Below are positions 39,202 to 48,578 of a DNA stretch of 64,000 bases, in pieces (within the stretch, counting starts at the first letter, position 1; each line of letters opens with the position of its first letter). The notes below the pieces were generated by a model. It had not been told where the DNA came from, did no database searches, and worked only from the letters and a program-made list of their open reading frames with translations. The translations under genes were made by a program, and so were the position numbers. Origin of the DNA: an uncultured Eubacteriaceae bacterium (lineage in GTDB: Bacteria > Bacillota > Clostridia > Eubacteriales > UBA1433); the NCBI GenBank assembly GCA_964533615.1, contig CAZHMK010000005.1, positions 141,218-205,217 on the forward strand, read 5' to 3'.

Positions 39202-40137
39202 TTATCTCTCCAGCGCGTCGGCATTGACGGCATTGAGCGTATAGAGTAGGTCGTAGGTGAACTCACAGACGGGGGTGGGGACGCTGTAGTGCCTGCCCAA
39301 ATCGAGGATAACACCGAGCAGGGCATCGATTTCCATTTGGCGGCCCGCCAGCAGATCCTGCGCCATGGAACTGTAGTTTTCGGGCGGATAGTTGTCGCGG
39401 TAGCGGTAGAGTTTTGTGATGTCTTCTTCTGTAAGCCCCGTGCCCGCGGCCTTGGAGACTGCGACGACTTCTTTCATGATCAGTGTCATCGCGCTGTTGG
39501 CTTCTTCGATCTTTTGGAAATATTCATGAGGACCCCGCAGAAGAGCCTGCACCGTATTTCCGCTCGCGTTGATGAGCAGTTTTGCCCACAGATCGCGGAT
39601 GATGGTCGAAGAGATCGTGCACGGGATACCGCCTTTTTTAAAGAGTGACTGCACGGCGAAGAGTCTTTCTGTTTGCGTGTTCCCGTCTTTTTCTCCTATA
39701 TTGATGCCGCCTGTTCTCGTTGAGAAACGCACGCCTTTGCCGCTGCGCTGTGAGCTGATGGTGACTGTGCTGTAGAGGAGTTTTTCCATGCCGTAGACGG
39801 CGCCGATTTTTTCTTCGCTCGTGACGCCGTTCATTAAGGCGATGATGACAGTGCGTTCATCGACGTGGTTTTTAATATCTTTGATAGCCTCTTGCAGGCT
39901 ATAGTCTTTTACGGCGACGATAACTAAATCGGATGGAGATGTTTTTTCTTTGGGAGAGACGATATTAAAGTGATAGGATTTGCCATTGATCATAAGGTCT
40001 TGTTTTTTAAGACGCTCGGCACGCTGTCCTGACGCGATGATTTGAAGGTTTTGGCGGCCTAAAGCGTTGTATGCGGCAACTGCGGCAATGGCTCCGACTG
40101 CGCCGAGGCCGATTAAGCTGACGTTTTTTATTTCCAT
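39202..40137 (-). CDS. panE: 2-dehydropantoate 2-reductase (PanE/ApbA family)
   Basis: N-terminal LIGLGAVGAIAA Rossmann motif with the ApbA family layout. Start set to Met 40137 with RBS gaaggt; the ORF-track start 40242 runs into repeat sequence. Confidence 0.8.
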   Translation of the reverse strand: MEIKNVSLIGLGAVGAIAAVAAYNALGRQNLQIIASGQRAERLKKQDLMINGKSYHFNIVSPKEKTSPSDLVIVAVKDYSLQEAIKDIKNHVDERTVIIALMNGVTSEEKIGAVYGMEKLLYSTVTISSQRSGKGVRFSTRTGGINIGEKDGNTQTERLFAVQSLFKKGGIPCTISSTIIRDLWAKLLINASGNTVQALLRGPHEYFQKIEEANSAMTLIMKEVVAVSKAAGTGLTEEDITKLYRYRDNYPPENYSSMAQDLLAGRQMEIDALLGVILDLGRHYSVPTPVCEFTYDLLYTLNAVNADALER

Positions 40138-40229
40138 GGAAATACCTTCTTTCACAGTTACTAAAGATGCAGGCAGGATATATTCATTGAAGTTGATTTT
40201 ATTATAGCAGAAGACGGGATATATTATCA

Positions 40230-40510
40230 GATAAAAAAACAAAAGGGGTCATCTTGAGTGCAGTCGAAAGATCCGGCGGGTTGGGGTTGGTATGAGTATT
40301 TTGTGAAGAAGATAATCTGCCCCGCCAGATTCTTCGACTATGCTCAGAATGACACCAAGGTTCGGGTGGTGATGTTGGTCTGCACATACTATATAAGATA
40401 GCCGTCCCGCCAGATTCTTCGACACGCTCAGAATGACACAGGCCCATCAGATTCGCAGGCACGCTCAGAATGACACCGTCCCCAAGGTTCGGCTGGCAGA
40501 GGTTTTATCC
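40230..40510 (+). repeat. Dispersed repeat family, cluster 5
   Basis: Inverted variant ggtcatcttgagtgcagtcgaaagatccgg (40246-40277), then cores at 40318-40354, 40404-40439 and 40442-40476. Confidence 0.85.
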
Positions 40511-40556
40511 GCACCGTAAATATTGTACTGATGATGTATGCCCGTAAAATGTTTCA

Positions 40557-41432
40557 TTAAAAGATGCCCGGGAGCCAGTATGCAAGCATATAGCCTAGGA
40601 TGAAAGAAGCGGCATTGGCTGTAAGCGCGTATATGCCCGGTTTGAAAGCGGAAATCTTTTTTTCGCTGTATTTTCGCAAATACCAAGTATAAAGCACGGC
40701 TTCTATAATAAACACCGCAATTTCCAGCAGAACATAAAAAATCATAAAAGCCAGAAATCCGGAGTAATGGTCGATGATGCCAAGCGTGATATTGAGCGCA
40801 ACCTGCGTGAATACGTTGACGAGGACGATAAAGCGAAAGAGCTTCTTTTGTCGAAAACCAAACAACAGCGCGATGAGGAGCTCTATAGCGATCGTAAGCA
40901 GGATACGAACAAAGAGGGAGAGAATTTCATTGGTATAGTTATAAGACTTTGTTACGGTCATTTGCGCATTGTCTTGCGCCGGGATATCGGCGGTGAAATA
41001 GCTGTCGAAAGCATATCGCTCTAAAGGCTCACTGCTGATGAGAAACGTGTCCGTATCGGGGAAGTATAGCAAAATTTTGAAGCGCTGCGGCGGATAATAG
41101 GTCCAGCTGAAACGCTGCGTTTGAGAGCAATCTTCAAAATATTGCAGAAAATAGAATCCGTCCGCATCTTTATACTGCGCGAATTTCAAAAAAACGTCAT
41201 ACTCTTCGTCGTCTTGCTGATAGCGTGCATAATCTGCATTGTCTTCGCTTAACGCCGAATACGGACCCGTGGATTTTTCGCTCGAAAGCAAAGTGGCATA
41301 ATAAGAATGGCCTTCAAGTCCGCTGAAATCAATGATAACAGAAGGCTTCGGGCCCACATCCGCATGAGAGGTGATAGGGAACACAATCAGCAGGGCTAAG
41401 GCGCAAAGCAATATGGAAACTATTTTTTTCAT
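40557..41432 (-). CDS. Hypothetical membrane protein
   Basis: Signal peptide, an extracytoplasmic domain of about 150 aa, then about 4 TM helices. Confidence 0.65.
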   Translation of the reverse strand: MKKIVSILLCALALLIVFPITSHADVGPKPSVIIDFSGLEGHSYYATLLSSEKSTGPYSALSEDNADYARYQQDDEEYDVFLKFAQYKDADGFYFLQYFEDCSQTQRFSWTYYPPQRFKILLYFPDTDTFLISSEPLERYAFDSYFTADIPAQDNAQMTVTKSYNYTNEILSLFVRILLTIAIELLIALLFGFRQKKLFRFIVLVNVFTQVALNITLGIIDHYSGFLAFMIFYVLLEIAVFIIEAVLYTWYLRKYSEKKISAFKPGIYALTANAASFILGYMLAYWLPGIF

Positions 41433-41574
41433 AACATTTTTCCTTTATCAGAGTTATTTTACAAAAAAGGAGCAAAATTGGTACTTATGTTATTTGTTAT
41501 AAAGAAAAGCGTCGCTGTTTATGTAGAGTATATATTTTTTCTTTGAGTTTAACAAGTCAGGCTGAATGGGGATA

Positions 41575-41845
41575 GCCTAATTATTATTGCGAGAGAGTCT
41601 GCCCCGCCAGATTCACAGGCACGCTAGTGACACCAGCCCCAGGGTTTGGTAGGTGCTGGGTCTGTTTGAATTGCAGAATACACCTACTCCTACCAGATTC
41701 TTCGACACGCTCAGAATGACACTGCCCCATCAGATTCTTCGACTATGCTCAGAATGACACCGCTTCATCAGATTCGCAGGCACGCTCGCAGTGACGCCAG
41801 CCTCTTGTATGATAAAAATAGAGAAAGTCGTCTTGAACGAGGGCT
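41575..41845 (+). repeat. Dispersed repeat family, cluster 6
   Basis: Cores at 41600-41633, 41688-41722, 41724-41760 and 41763-41797, plus a degenerate inverted unit reaching the stop codon of 41844..42500. Confidence 0.85.
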
Positions 41846-42500
41846 AGATGTATTTACTGCCTTCTTTGATGCTCAGCTTTGAAAGCTTGTATTCGTATTT
41901 GGCGATGAAGCCTCTTACCCATGCGGGATCGGTTTTGCTGTATTCTCTCAGACTCCAGCCGATGGCTTTATTGATAAAAAATTCTTCCGTGCCGAAGTTG
42001 TTGCAAAGTATTTTTAAAAGCAGTCCGGTATCGGTTTTTTCTTTTAGGCCGAGCTGGTGCAAAATAGCTGTGCGGCGCAGCCACATATTCTCATCCGTGC
42101 TCCACTTTATCATCATGTCGGATACGTGCGGATAGGAAAGAGAAAGCGTGCCGAAAAGTTTGCTTAGGATATCGACCGTATCCCACCACGATTTTGTGGT
42201 GAGGAGCATCTTCAGCTGAGGGATATCGGCGTCTGTGAGATATTTTTGTTTTGAGAGGACATAGTCGGAAGCGATGTACTGCGCTTCGCGATAGGGCTTT
42301 TCCCAGCAGATTTTCACAAACTCCCAGTCGATGTGTTTTTCACCTCTGACGAGTTTGAAATACCGATTTGCTATTTTTCTTCGCGCAGCGCTTTGTATGC
42401 CCAAAAAGGGAAACAGGTTTTTCATGTAAGCGCTCATGGCGGCGGCGGTGGATTTGTTTTCCGATTTTTCAAGTTCTTCAAACAGGGTTTCGTACCACAT
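41844..42500 (-). CDS. DNA alkylation repair protein (AlkC/AlkD-type HEAT-repeat family)
   Basis: AAAMSAYMKNLFPFLGIQSAARRKI and WWDTVD...NMWLRRTAIL..INKAIGWSLREY are typical of this family. Confidence 0.8.
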   Translation of the reverse strand: MWYETLFEELEKSENKSTAAAMSAYMKNLFPFLGIQSAARRKIANRYFKLVRGEKHIDWEFVKICWEKPYREAQYIASDYVLSKQKYLTDADIPQLKMLLTTKSWWDTVDILSKLFGTLSLSYPHVSDMMIKWSTDENMWLRRTAILHQLGLKEKTDTGLLLKILCNNFGTEEFFINKAIGWSLREYSKTDPAWVRGFIAKYEYKLSKLSIKEGSKYI

Positions 42501-42539
42501 GGTTTGCTCTCCGTTTTTAGAATATTTTAGATGAATTAA

Positions 42540-43052
42540 TCATTCATGATAGTAATCATTTTGCCACTGCAATGGATTTGAATGAATATATTCCTTGATT
42601 TTATCATAATCTTTCTGACCACGGATAATATGGTCATGAAAAGAACGCTGCCATAACGGTCGACCATATTGCTTAGAGGTGATGGTTTTGAATGAATTTA
42701 TTATTTTAGATATGGAGATTGTAGGGGACGCCGCCCACGGCGTCCCGTCTTTTTGTAATAAAATAATCATATGAATATGATTAGGCATAATAACATATGC
42801 ATCAACAGACACATGTTTATATACATCAGGGATGTTTAATACTATTTTTTGAACCATCTCACCGGTAGGGCTCAATATGATCTGCGGGAGGCTGTAGGCA
42901 GCCTCTCCTACGTTTTCTTGAGCGAGATATCCTTCATCCCATAAAATTGCTTGTCTATCTTTGGTGCAGATGGTTATAAAATAGGCACCATTGCTGCTGT
43001 AGTCGTAATCGTGCAAGCGGTTGGCTTTTCGGGTAGGTTGTTTATTTAACAT
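42540..43052 (-). CDS. IS200/RAYT-like Y1 (HUH) transposase-family protein
   Basis: YFITICTKDR, the HUH motif in YVIMPNHIHMIIL, WQRSFHDHIIR and EYIHSNPLQW. 170 aa. Repeat arrays lie on both flanks. Confidence 0.8.
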   Translation of the reverse strand: MLNKQPTRKANRLHDYDYSSNGAYFITICTKDRQAILWDEGYLAQENVGEAAYSLPQIILSPTGEMVQKIVLNIPDVYKHVSVDAYVIMPNHIHMIILLQKDGTPWAASPTISISKIINSFKTITSKQYGRPLWQRSFHDHIIRGQKDYDKIKEYIHSNPLQWQNDYYHE

Positions 43053-43194
43053 TTTTAACCTGTATAAATAGTTTATTTACTATTATTTTACAGTGAATGT
43101 GTTATTTAGTAAAGAAAGATAATGGCAAAATGATATAAATGAATGAGTAGGCATAATGCAAGGGATATCGTTGATATGTTTAGGGTATAGAAAA

Positions 43195-43812
43195 TATTTT
43201 TCACGCCAGATTGGCAGGCATGCTCGCAGTGATGCTCGTCTCGTGTGTTGGCGTTTGTATGTCGATTTTGTAAAAAGGATGCGAGAGAGCGGGAGGCTGA
43301 GGGCAGCCTCCCCTACGGTTATGTATTCCATTTGATATTTGATTTGGTAAATGGCAAGATTTATAAGCATGTTGGTCTGATTATTTTATAGAGAATACCC
43401 ACCTTGCCAGATTGGCAGGCATGCTCGCAGTGACACAAACCCCTTGTTTGATAAAAACGAGAGGGGTCATCTTGAGCGCAGTCGAAAGATCCGGTGGGTT
43501 GGGGATGGTATGAATATTTTATGAAGAAGATAATCTGCCCCGCCAGATTCTTCGACACGCTCAGAATGACACTGCTCCCAGGGTCCGGTTGGAGTTGGTC
43601 TGCTTGAATTGCAGGATACACCCACTCCCATCAGATTCTTCGATACACTCAGAATGACATTGCGCCGCCAGATTGGCAGGCATGCTCAGAATGACACCGA
43701 CCCATCAGATTCTTCGACTATGCTCAGAATGACACTGCCATTCAAGGTTCGGGGGGCGTTGGTATGAATATTTTATGAAGAAGATATCTACCCCATCAGA
43801 TTCTTCGATATA
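43195..43812 (+). repeat. Dispersed repeat family, cluster 7 (about 8 cores including one inverted doublet)
   Basis: Cores at 43201-43234, 43398-43436, inverted 43463-43494, 43536-43572, 43626-43660, 43663-43697 and 43700-43736, plus a truncated one at 43790-43810. Confidence 0.9.
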
Positions 43813-43857
43813 TTTATAAAACCATTATAACAAATATGCATACGAAAGGCGATAAAA

Positions 43858-45339
43858 TCAGGGCAGGTGAATTGTTTTCGTTGCCACGGAGCGGGTAAAA
43901 AAGCTGTCATGCTCCACGAAGAGAATGGTCGGCTCAAATGAGAGCAGGAGCTGCTCTATTTGCATGCGTGAAAAAATGTCGATGAAATTGAGCGGCTCAT
44001 CCCAAATGTGCAGGTGTGCCTTCTCGCACAGGCTGGAGGCGATAAGCACTTTTTTCTTTTGCCCTTCGCTTAGTGAGGCCATATCTTTTTCAAACTGCGT
44101 TTTTGTGAAATCGAGTTTTTGCAGGATCGCTTTAAAGAGACTTTCGTCGATGGCTTTGCGCGCGGCATGCTCCGTCAGGCTGCCCGAGAGAGCGGTGGTA
44201 TCCTGCGGCACATAGGAGATGAGCAGTCGGCTGCCTTTGTTGAAACTGCCCGTATAAGTTAGATCTTCTCCGCAGATGAGCTTTAGGATGCTGGATTTGC
44301 CCGAACCGTTGCCGCCTGTAAGCGCGATGCGATCCCCTTGCTCGACCGTAAAAGAGATATCTTTACAGGCACAGTGAGCGCCGTAGTAGACAAAGACTTT
44401 ATCAAGCGCCGCGAGCTGCCGTTTGTGATAGACAAGCTGAGAAATTTTTAAGCTGTGCATGCTCTCCACATTTTTTAAAAGTTTGGATTTTTCTTCTATG
44501 GCCGTCTGCGCCCTTGCCTCGATGACTTTTGAGGTTTTCATCATCTTGGCCGCTTTATGGCCGACGTAGCCGCGGTCGGGGCGAAGACCCGAATTTTTTG
44601 TATTGTATTTTGCTTTTTCTGCTTTATTTGACCAGCGCGATGTACGAAGAGAGGACTCGGTGAGGCGGCTGAGTTCTCTCTTCAGTTTCTCGTTCTGCGA
44701 TATCTCAAATTGATCCTGCATGATTTTATTTTCGTACCAACTTGAAAAATTACCTTTTTGCAGTTGTATATCCGCCTTGTTGATCGAAAGGATATGATCG
44801 ATGCAGCCGTCGAGAAAAGCCCTGTCGTGCGAGACTAGGATGTATGATTTTTTGGATTGCAGGTAACGGCTCAAAAGGCTTCTCGCCTGCGCATCCAGAT
44901 GGTTGGTGGGCTCGTCGATGAGCAAAAGATTATTTTCTTTTAGAAACATCACAGCCAGCAGCACTTTGGTCTGTTCACCGTTGCTGAGTGTGTCAAACGG
45001 CCTGTAGAGCACATCCTCGCTCACTTGCAGCAGGGAGCATTCCCGCACAAGCTGCCAGTGTTCGCAGGCGGCGTGTATGCCGTTTGCGACATCGATCGTT
45101 AAACTCTCCTTATCTTCTATTTCATACGGAAAATATTCAAAATCGACCGCTGCGGTAACGGCGCCGTGGTGGGGAAGTTCGTTTTGCAGCAGTTTTAAAA
45201 AGGTAGTTTTGCCACGGCCGTTTCTTCCCGCGAGGCCGAGACGCCAGGAGCTGTCCAGCCTGAGAGAGACATTTTCAAAAACGGGGTCATAAGAGCCCTC
45301 ATAGGTAAAAGTGAGATTATTTATATTAATTTGCGACAT
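43858..45339 (-). CDS. ABC-F ATPase (Lsa/ARE-like ribosome-protection type)
   Basis: Two NBDs (GRNGRGKTT / GGNGSGKSS; LSNGEQTKV / LSEGQKKKV), no TM domain, and an interdomain linker. Start set to Met 45339 after RBS ggagga. The N-terminus MSQININNLTFTYEGSYDPVF is Lsa-like. Confidence 0.8.
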   Translation of the reverse strand: MSQININNLTFTYEGSYDPVFENVSLRLDSSWRLGLAGRNGRGKTTFLKLLQNELPHHGAVTAAVDFEYFPYEIEDKESLTIDVANGIHAACEHWQLVRECSLLQVSEDVLYRPFDTLSNGEQTKVLLAVMFLKENNLLLIDEPTNHLDAQARSLLSRYLQSKKSYILVSHDRAFLDGCIDHILSINKADIQLQKGNFSSWYENKIMQDQFEISQNEKLKRELSRLTESSLRTSRWSNKAEKAKYNTKNSGLRPDRGYVGHKAAKMMKTSKVIEARAQTAIEEKSKLLKNVESMHSLKISQLVYHKRQLAALDKVFVYYGAHCACKDISFTVEQGDRIALTGGNGSGKSSILKLICGEDLTYTGSFNKGSRLLISYVPQDTTALSGSLTEHAARKAIDESLFKAILQKLDFTKTQFEKDMASLSEGQKKKVLIASSLCEKAHLHIWDEPLNFIDIFSRMQIEQLLLSFEPTILFVEHDSFFTRSVATKTIHLP

Positions 45340-45363
45340 AAGACGTAGTATCCTCCTAAAAAT

Positions 45364-45405
45364 GATTATGAGCCGCAAGAAAATGAATTCCCGCAGCTCA
45401 TAATC
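45364..45405 (-). terminator. Attenuator hairpin immediately upstream of the ABC-F RBS
   Basis: On the minus strand: gattatgagctgc-loop-gcggctcataatc (12 of 13 bp) followed by cattttt and then aggagg. Confidence 0.6.
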
Positions 45406-45543
45406 TACAGATCGCTAGCCTGTATGAGGTTAAGATTTGTAAGAGGACAAATTTATATGAGTGAAAAGAATGGTCATTTTCTTGCGCGGGCATAATAAGA
45501 AAAACAGCACGTTCGCTAAAAATTTTCTATTATGCATTTTATC

Positions 45544-45564
45544 TTAGCAAGAAGTATGACGCAT
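45544..45564 (-). promoter_or_regulatory. Candidate leader peptide ORF (MRHTSC)
   Basis: On the minus strand: ggagatgaaaacATGcgtcatacttcttgcTAA. It has its own RBS and sits about 140 nt upstream of the attenuator hairpin. Confidence 0.45.
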
Positions 45565-45690
45565 GTTTTCATCTCCGTTCAAAATTTATTTAAATCGCAG
45601 TATATCATATTCATTTTAAAAAGTAAACGTTTTTAAAAGTTAAATTTTTGGCAATTGAAATTATTACTGTTTAGAAACATAAAGCGAATA

Positions 45691-46650
45691 TTAGCCGGTA
45701 AATGCAGGCAGTATATGTTCTTTTATCAGGAACAGTCTGTCGCGTGCATTTGGTATAAAGGATGAAACGATCGCAATGACGAGACATTTTTGCGGAATAC
45801 AGCAGATGACATTGCCGCCGTCTCCCAACGCCATATAATCGTCGTCTTCGCCCAGCCACCACAGATATCCGTACCGGTTGGGATTTGCTTTCGTTGAGGC
45901 GTCTACCCATTCTTTTGAGATAACTTGCATTTCTTTCCAACGGCCGCCGCGCAGATACAACAGACCGAAACGCGCCATATCGCGCGCGGTAAGGCATAGC
46001 CCCCAGCCGCCTGCGGAGCTGCCGGCCGGGTCACTCACCCAGCCCCGCACGTTTTTGCCGAACAAGTCATCGAATCCGTAGCCTTTCATTTTATGACTTG
46101 CAATCTGCCTCATGCCGAGGGGAGCGAATAAATGCTCGTTGGCAAATTCCCGCGCGCTTTGCCCCGTGGCGCGTGTGAGAATAGCCGAAAGTAGGTGCGC
46201 GCCTGCCGAGGAATATTTGAAAGCGCCGATTTGGCCGCTGTGGCCCAGCATATCCAAAATATAGCCCACCCAGTCGGGACAAGCACACATGGCCTCAAAC
46301 GGTTCATGCCAGTCTTCAAACGCGTAAGGCGCTGTCATTGTGAGCAGATGGTGGATCGCAATATCTTCTTTAACGCTGTCTGTCGTATCGAGCGCATACT
46401 CGGGGAAGAAAGAAAGCGCCTTTTCATTCACGCTTTTGATATAGCCTTTATCGACGGCGATGCCGATGAGAGCGGAAAGCACGCTCTTTGTGAGTGAAGC
46501 CACATGAATCGCGTCGTCTGGCGTGCAGCCGTTAAAATATTTTTCATAGGTCATAAAGCCGTCTTTTATAACCGCGAGGCCGCAGATGTTGGCATAGTCC
46601 GTTTTGATGATGTCATCCAGCGCATCTAATTTTTTAGTGTCTATATTCAT
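45691..46650 (-). CDS. Serine hydrolase, beta-lactamase/PBP (class C-like) family
   Basis: SxxK motif ASLTKS with a typical family N-terminal region. Confidence 0.8.
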   Translation of the reverse strand: MNIDTKKLDALDDIIKTDYANICGLAVIKDGFMTYEKYFNGCTPDDAIHVASLTKSVLSALIGIAVDKGYIKSVNEKALSFFPEYALDTTDSVKEDIAIHHLLTMTAPYAFEDWHEPFEAMCACPDWVGYILDMLGHSGQIGAFKYSSAGAHLLSAILTRATGQSAREFANEHLFAPLGMRQIASHKMKGYGFDDLFGKNVRGWVSDPAGSSAGGWGLCLTARDMARFGLLYLRGGRWKEMQVISKEWVDASTKANPNRYGYLWWLGEDDDYMALGDGGNVICCIPQKCLVIAIVSSFIPNARDRLFLIKEHILPAFTG

Positions 46651-46904
46651 TTCAAGCAGGTTTGCTTTCTGCCAGTGCTCAGTGGGGAAATAGTGGTTTT
46701 GTATAAGTGAATCCTCCTTATATACATTTGCGTATTTTGATTTGTATCTATGTTTGTATATATCCGACGTATGAGGCTAAGTCAAATAAATTTTTAAAAT
46801 TTAAGATTTGATAGTCCTTGTTATTTGTAATAAAGGTATGCTAATATGTAATCAATGGCTGCGAGAATATAATAATATTCAGCGGGCGGTAATTTTAAAA
46901 TATT

Positions 46905-47000
46905 TGGAACCATCAGATTTTTGACGCGCTCGCAGTGATATCCGCCCTGCGATTGAACGAGGGGGAGGTCTTTTCATATTGAAGGAGGGGTTACGAGTGC
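46905..47000 (+). repeat. Dispersed repeat family, cluster 11 (single core plus linker module)
   Basis: ccatcagatttttgacgcgctcgcagtgatatc (46911-46945), then gggaggtcttttcatattgaaggagggg. The latter recurs at about 53958 and 55305. Confidence 0.65.
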
Positions 47001-47096
47001 GGGCGTTTATCAAAAAAAAATACAGAAGCAAACGGATTTATTATATATAAAATAAAAGAGCCTTTATTCAATATAAATGGGAAAAGGAAGAAAAGG

Positions 47097-48359
47097 ATGA
47101 AAAAAGTAAGGATTGTGTTGCTGTTCGCTGTTATAGCAGCATTTTTGCTCGGTGCAGCCGGCTGCGCCAGTGCGGAAGAAAAAGCCATCAAAAAAGCTTC
47201 AGGCACCGAAGAGCTGGCGGCGTTGGCGGCGGAGTATATGGAGAAAGAAAATTATGAAGCGGCTTATAGCGCAGCGCTGAAAATAATCGAGACAGACCCC
47301 GAAAACGCGGCGGGCTATACAGGCGCATCTTCCGCGCTGCTTGAAATGTCGAAAGAAAACTATGCTCAAATCAACGATCTGTTGGTGCAGGCAAGCACAA
47401 GCGCAACAGATACCGATGAGGTGAGCCGATGGATCGACGAGAATGATACGGCACTCAAAATCACGATGCCTTTTATCGCCGATTACAACAGCGAAGAGGA
47501 GATCAACACCGTGGGAAATTCAGGCAGCAACATCATGAATATCGGATATGTGGCATCACAGGGACAGTGGATTTACTTTCGCAACAATGATGAGGACGGA
47601 GCGCTCTACAAAATGCGCAACGATAAAACAGGAGCCAGAAAACTCAGTGATGATGTACCGAAGTTTATCAATGCGGTCGGAGACTGGATTTATTACGTGT
47701 GCGAAAATGAAGATGACGCACTGTATAAAATCCGCACGGACGGAAAAGAACGCGCGAGAATAACGGATGACGGCTGCGAGTATGTTTCCTATGCTGACGA
47801 CTGGCTCTACTACGGCAATTTGAGCGATGAGCTCTATTTGTACAAGATTCGCACAGACGGCAGCGGCAGAACGAGGCTTGCAAAGAAAATGACAAAGTGC
47901 CCGTATGTGGTTGGAGATTGGGTATATTACACAAGCAAGCAGGACGGCGGCCGCCTGTATAAGGTGAGCACAGACGGCAAGCAAAATAAAAAAGTAAGCG
48001 ATGAATATATGTATGCGTTCGCCATTTATGAAGGCTATGTGTATTACTGGCACGGAGACAGCGCGGATCTGATTATTTACCGCATCGGTATTGACGGAGG
48101 CAAGCCTGAGGCCGTGTATGATGCGAACGGTAAAAAAATCAGCGGATTTAATGTCATAGATGATAGGATGTGTGTTTTGGCGGGGGATAAAATCACGATC
48201 GTGAACACGACCACTTTTAAAGAAGAAAAGACGATAGACAATACAAGCGAATTTGTTTTTACGACAGACGGCGGGAAGGTATATTTTTGGGAATGGTATG
48301 ATGATAACTCGCTTTATGTCATGAATGCCGACGGCAGCGGTGTTGAGAAGATGGAGTAG
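47097..48359 (+). CDS. Lipoprotein with DUF5050-type beta-propeller repeats
   Basis: Lipobox LLGAAGC. Repeated GDWIYY..DDALYKIRTDG.. blades. Confidence 0.7.
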   Translation: MKKVRIVLLFAVIAAFLLGAAGCASAEEKAIKKASGTEELAALAAEYMEKENYEAAYSAALKIIETDPENAAGYTGASSALLEMSKENYAQINDLLVQASTSATDTDEVSRWIDENDTALKITMPFIADYNSEEEINTVGNSGSNIMNIGYVASQGQWIYFRNNDEDGALYKMRNDKTGARKLSDDVPKFINAVGDWIYYVCENEDDALYKIRTDGKERARITDDGCEYVSYADDWLYYGNLSDELYLYKIRTDGSGRTRLAKKMTKCPYVVGDWVYYTSKQDGGRLYKVSTDGKQNKKVSDEYMYAFAIYEGYVYYWHGDSADLIIYRIGIDGGKPEAVYDANGKKISGFNVIDDRMCVLAGDKITIVNTTTFKEEKTIDNTSEFVFTTDGGKVYFWEWYDDNSLYVMNADGSGVEKME

Positions 48360-48578
48360 GGAAATGCAGGAATGGAAAGTTGTTTGATCTCCAAGCGGTA
48401 CGGCAGATGATTTTATATAGACCTATGTTTTATTGTTTAATGGAAGAAGAATTACAAATCATTGTATACGGACTGCCGTCATTGATTATACTCATTGTTT
48501 TAGTCCATGCTTTACGCAAAGGCAGGAAAAGCAAATGAGTATAAATATACTTTAAAATAATAAATATTTGAGGTAAAC

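Noticed and set aside
40138-40242. The N-terminal 35 codons of the ORF-track panE model (start 40242).
   Set aside because: The extension runs into repeat-flanking sequence and precedes the Rossmann motif unnaturally. Met 40137 has an RBS and gives a family-typical N-terminus.
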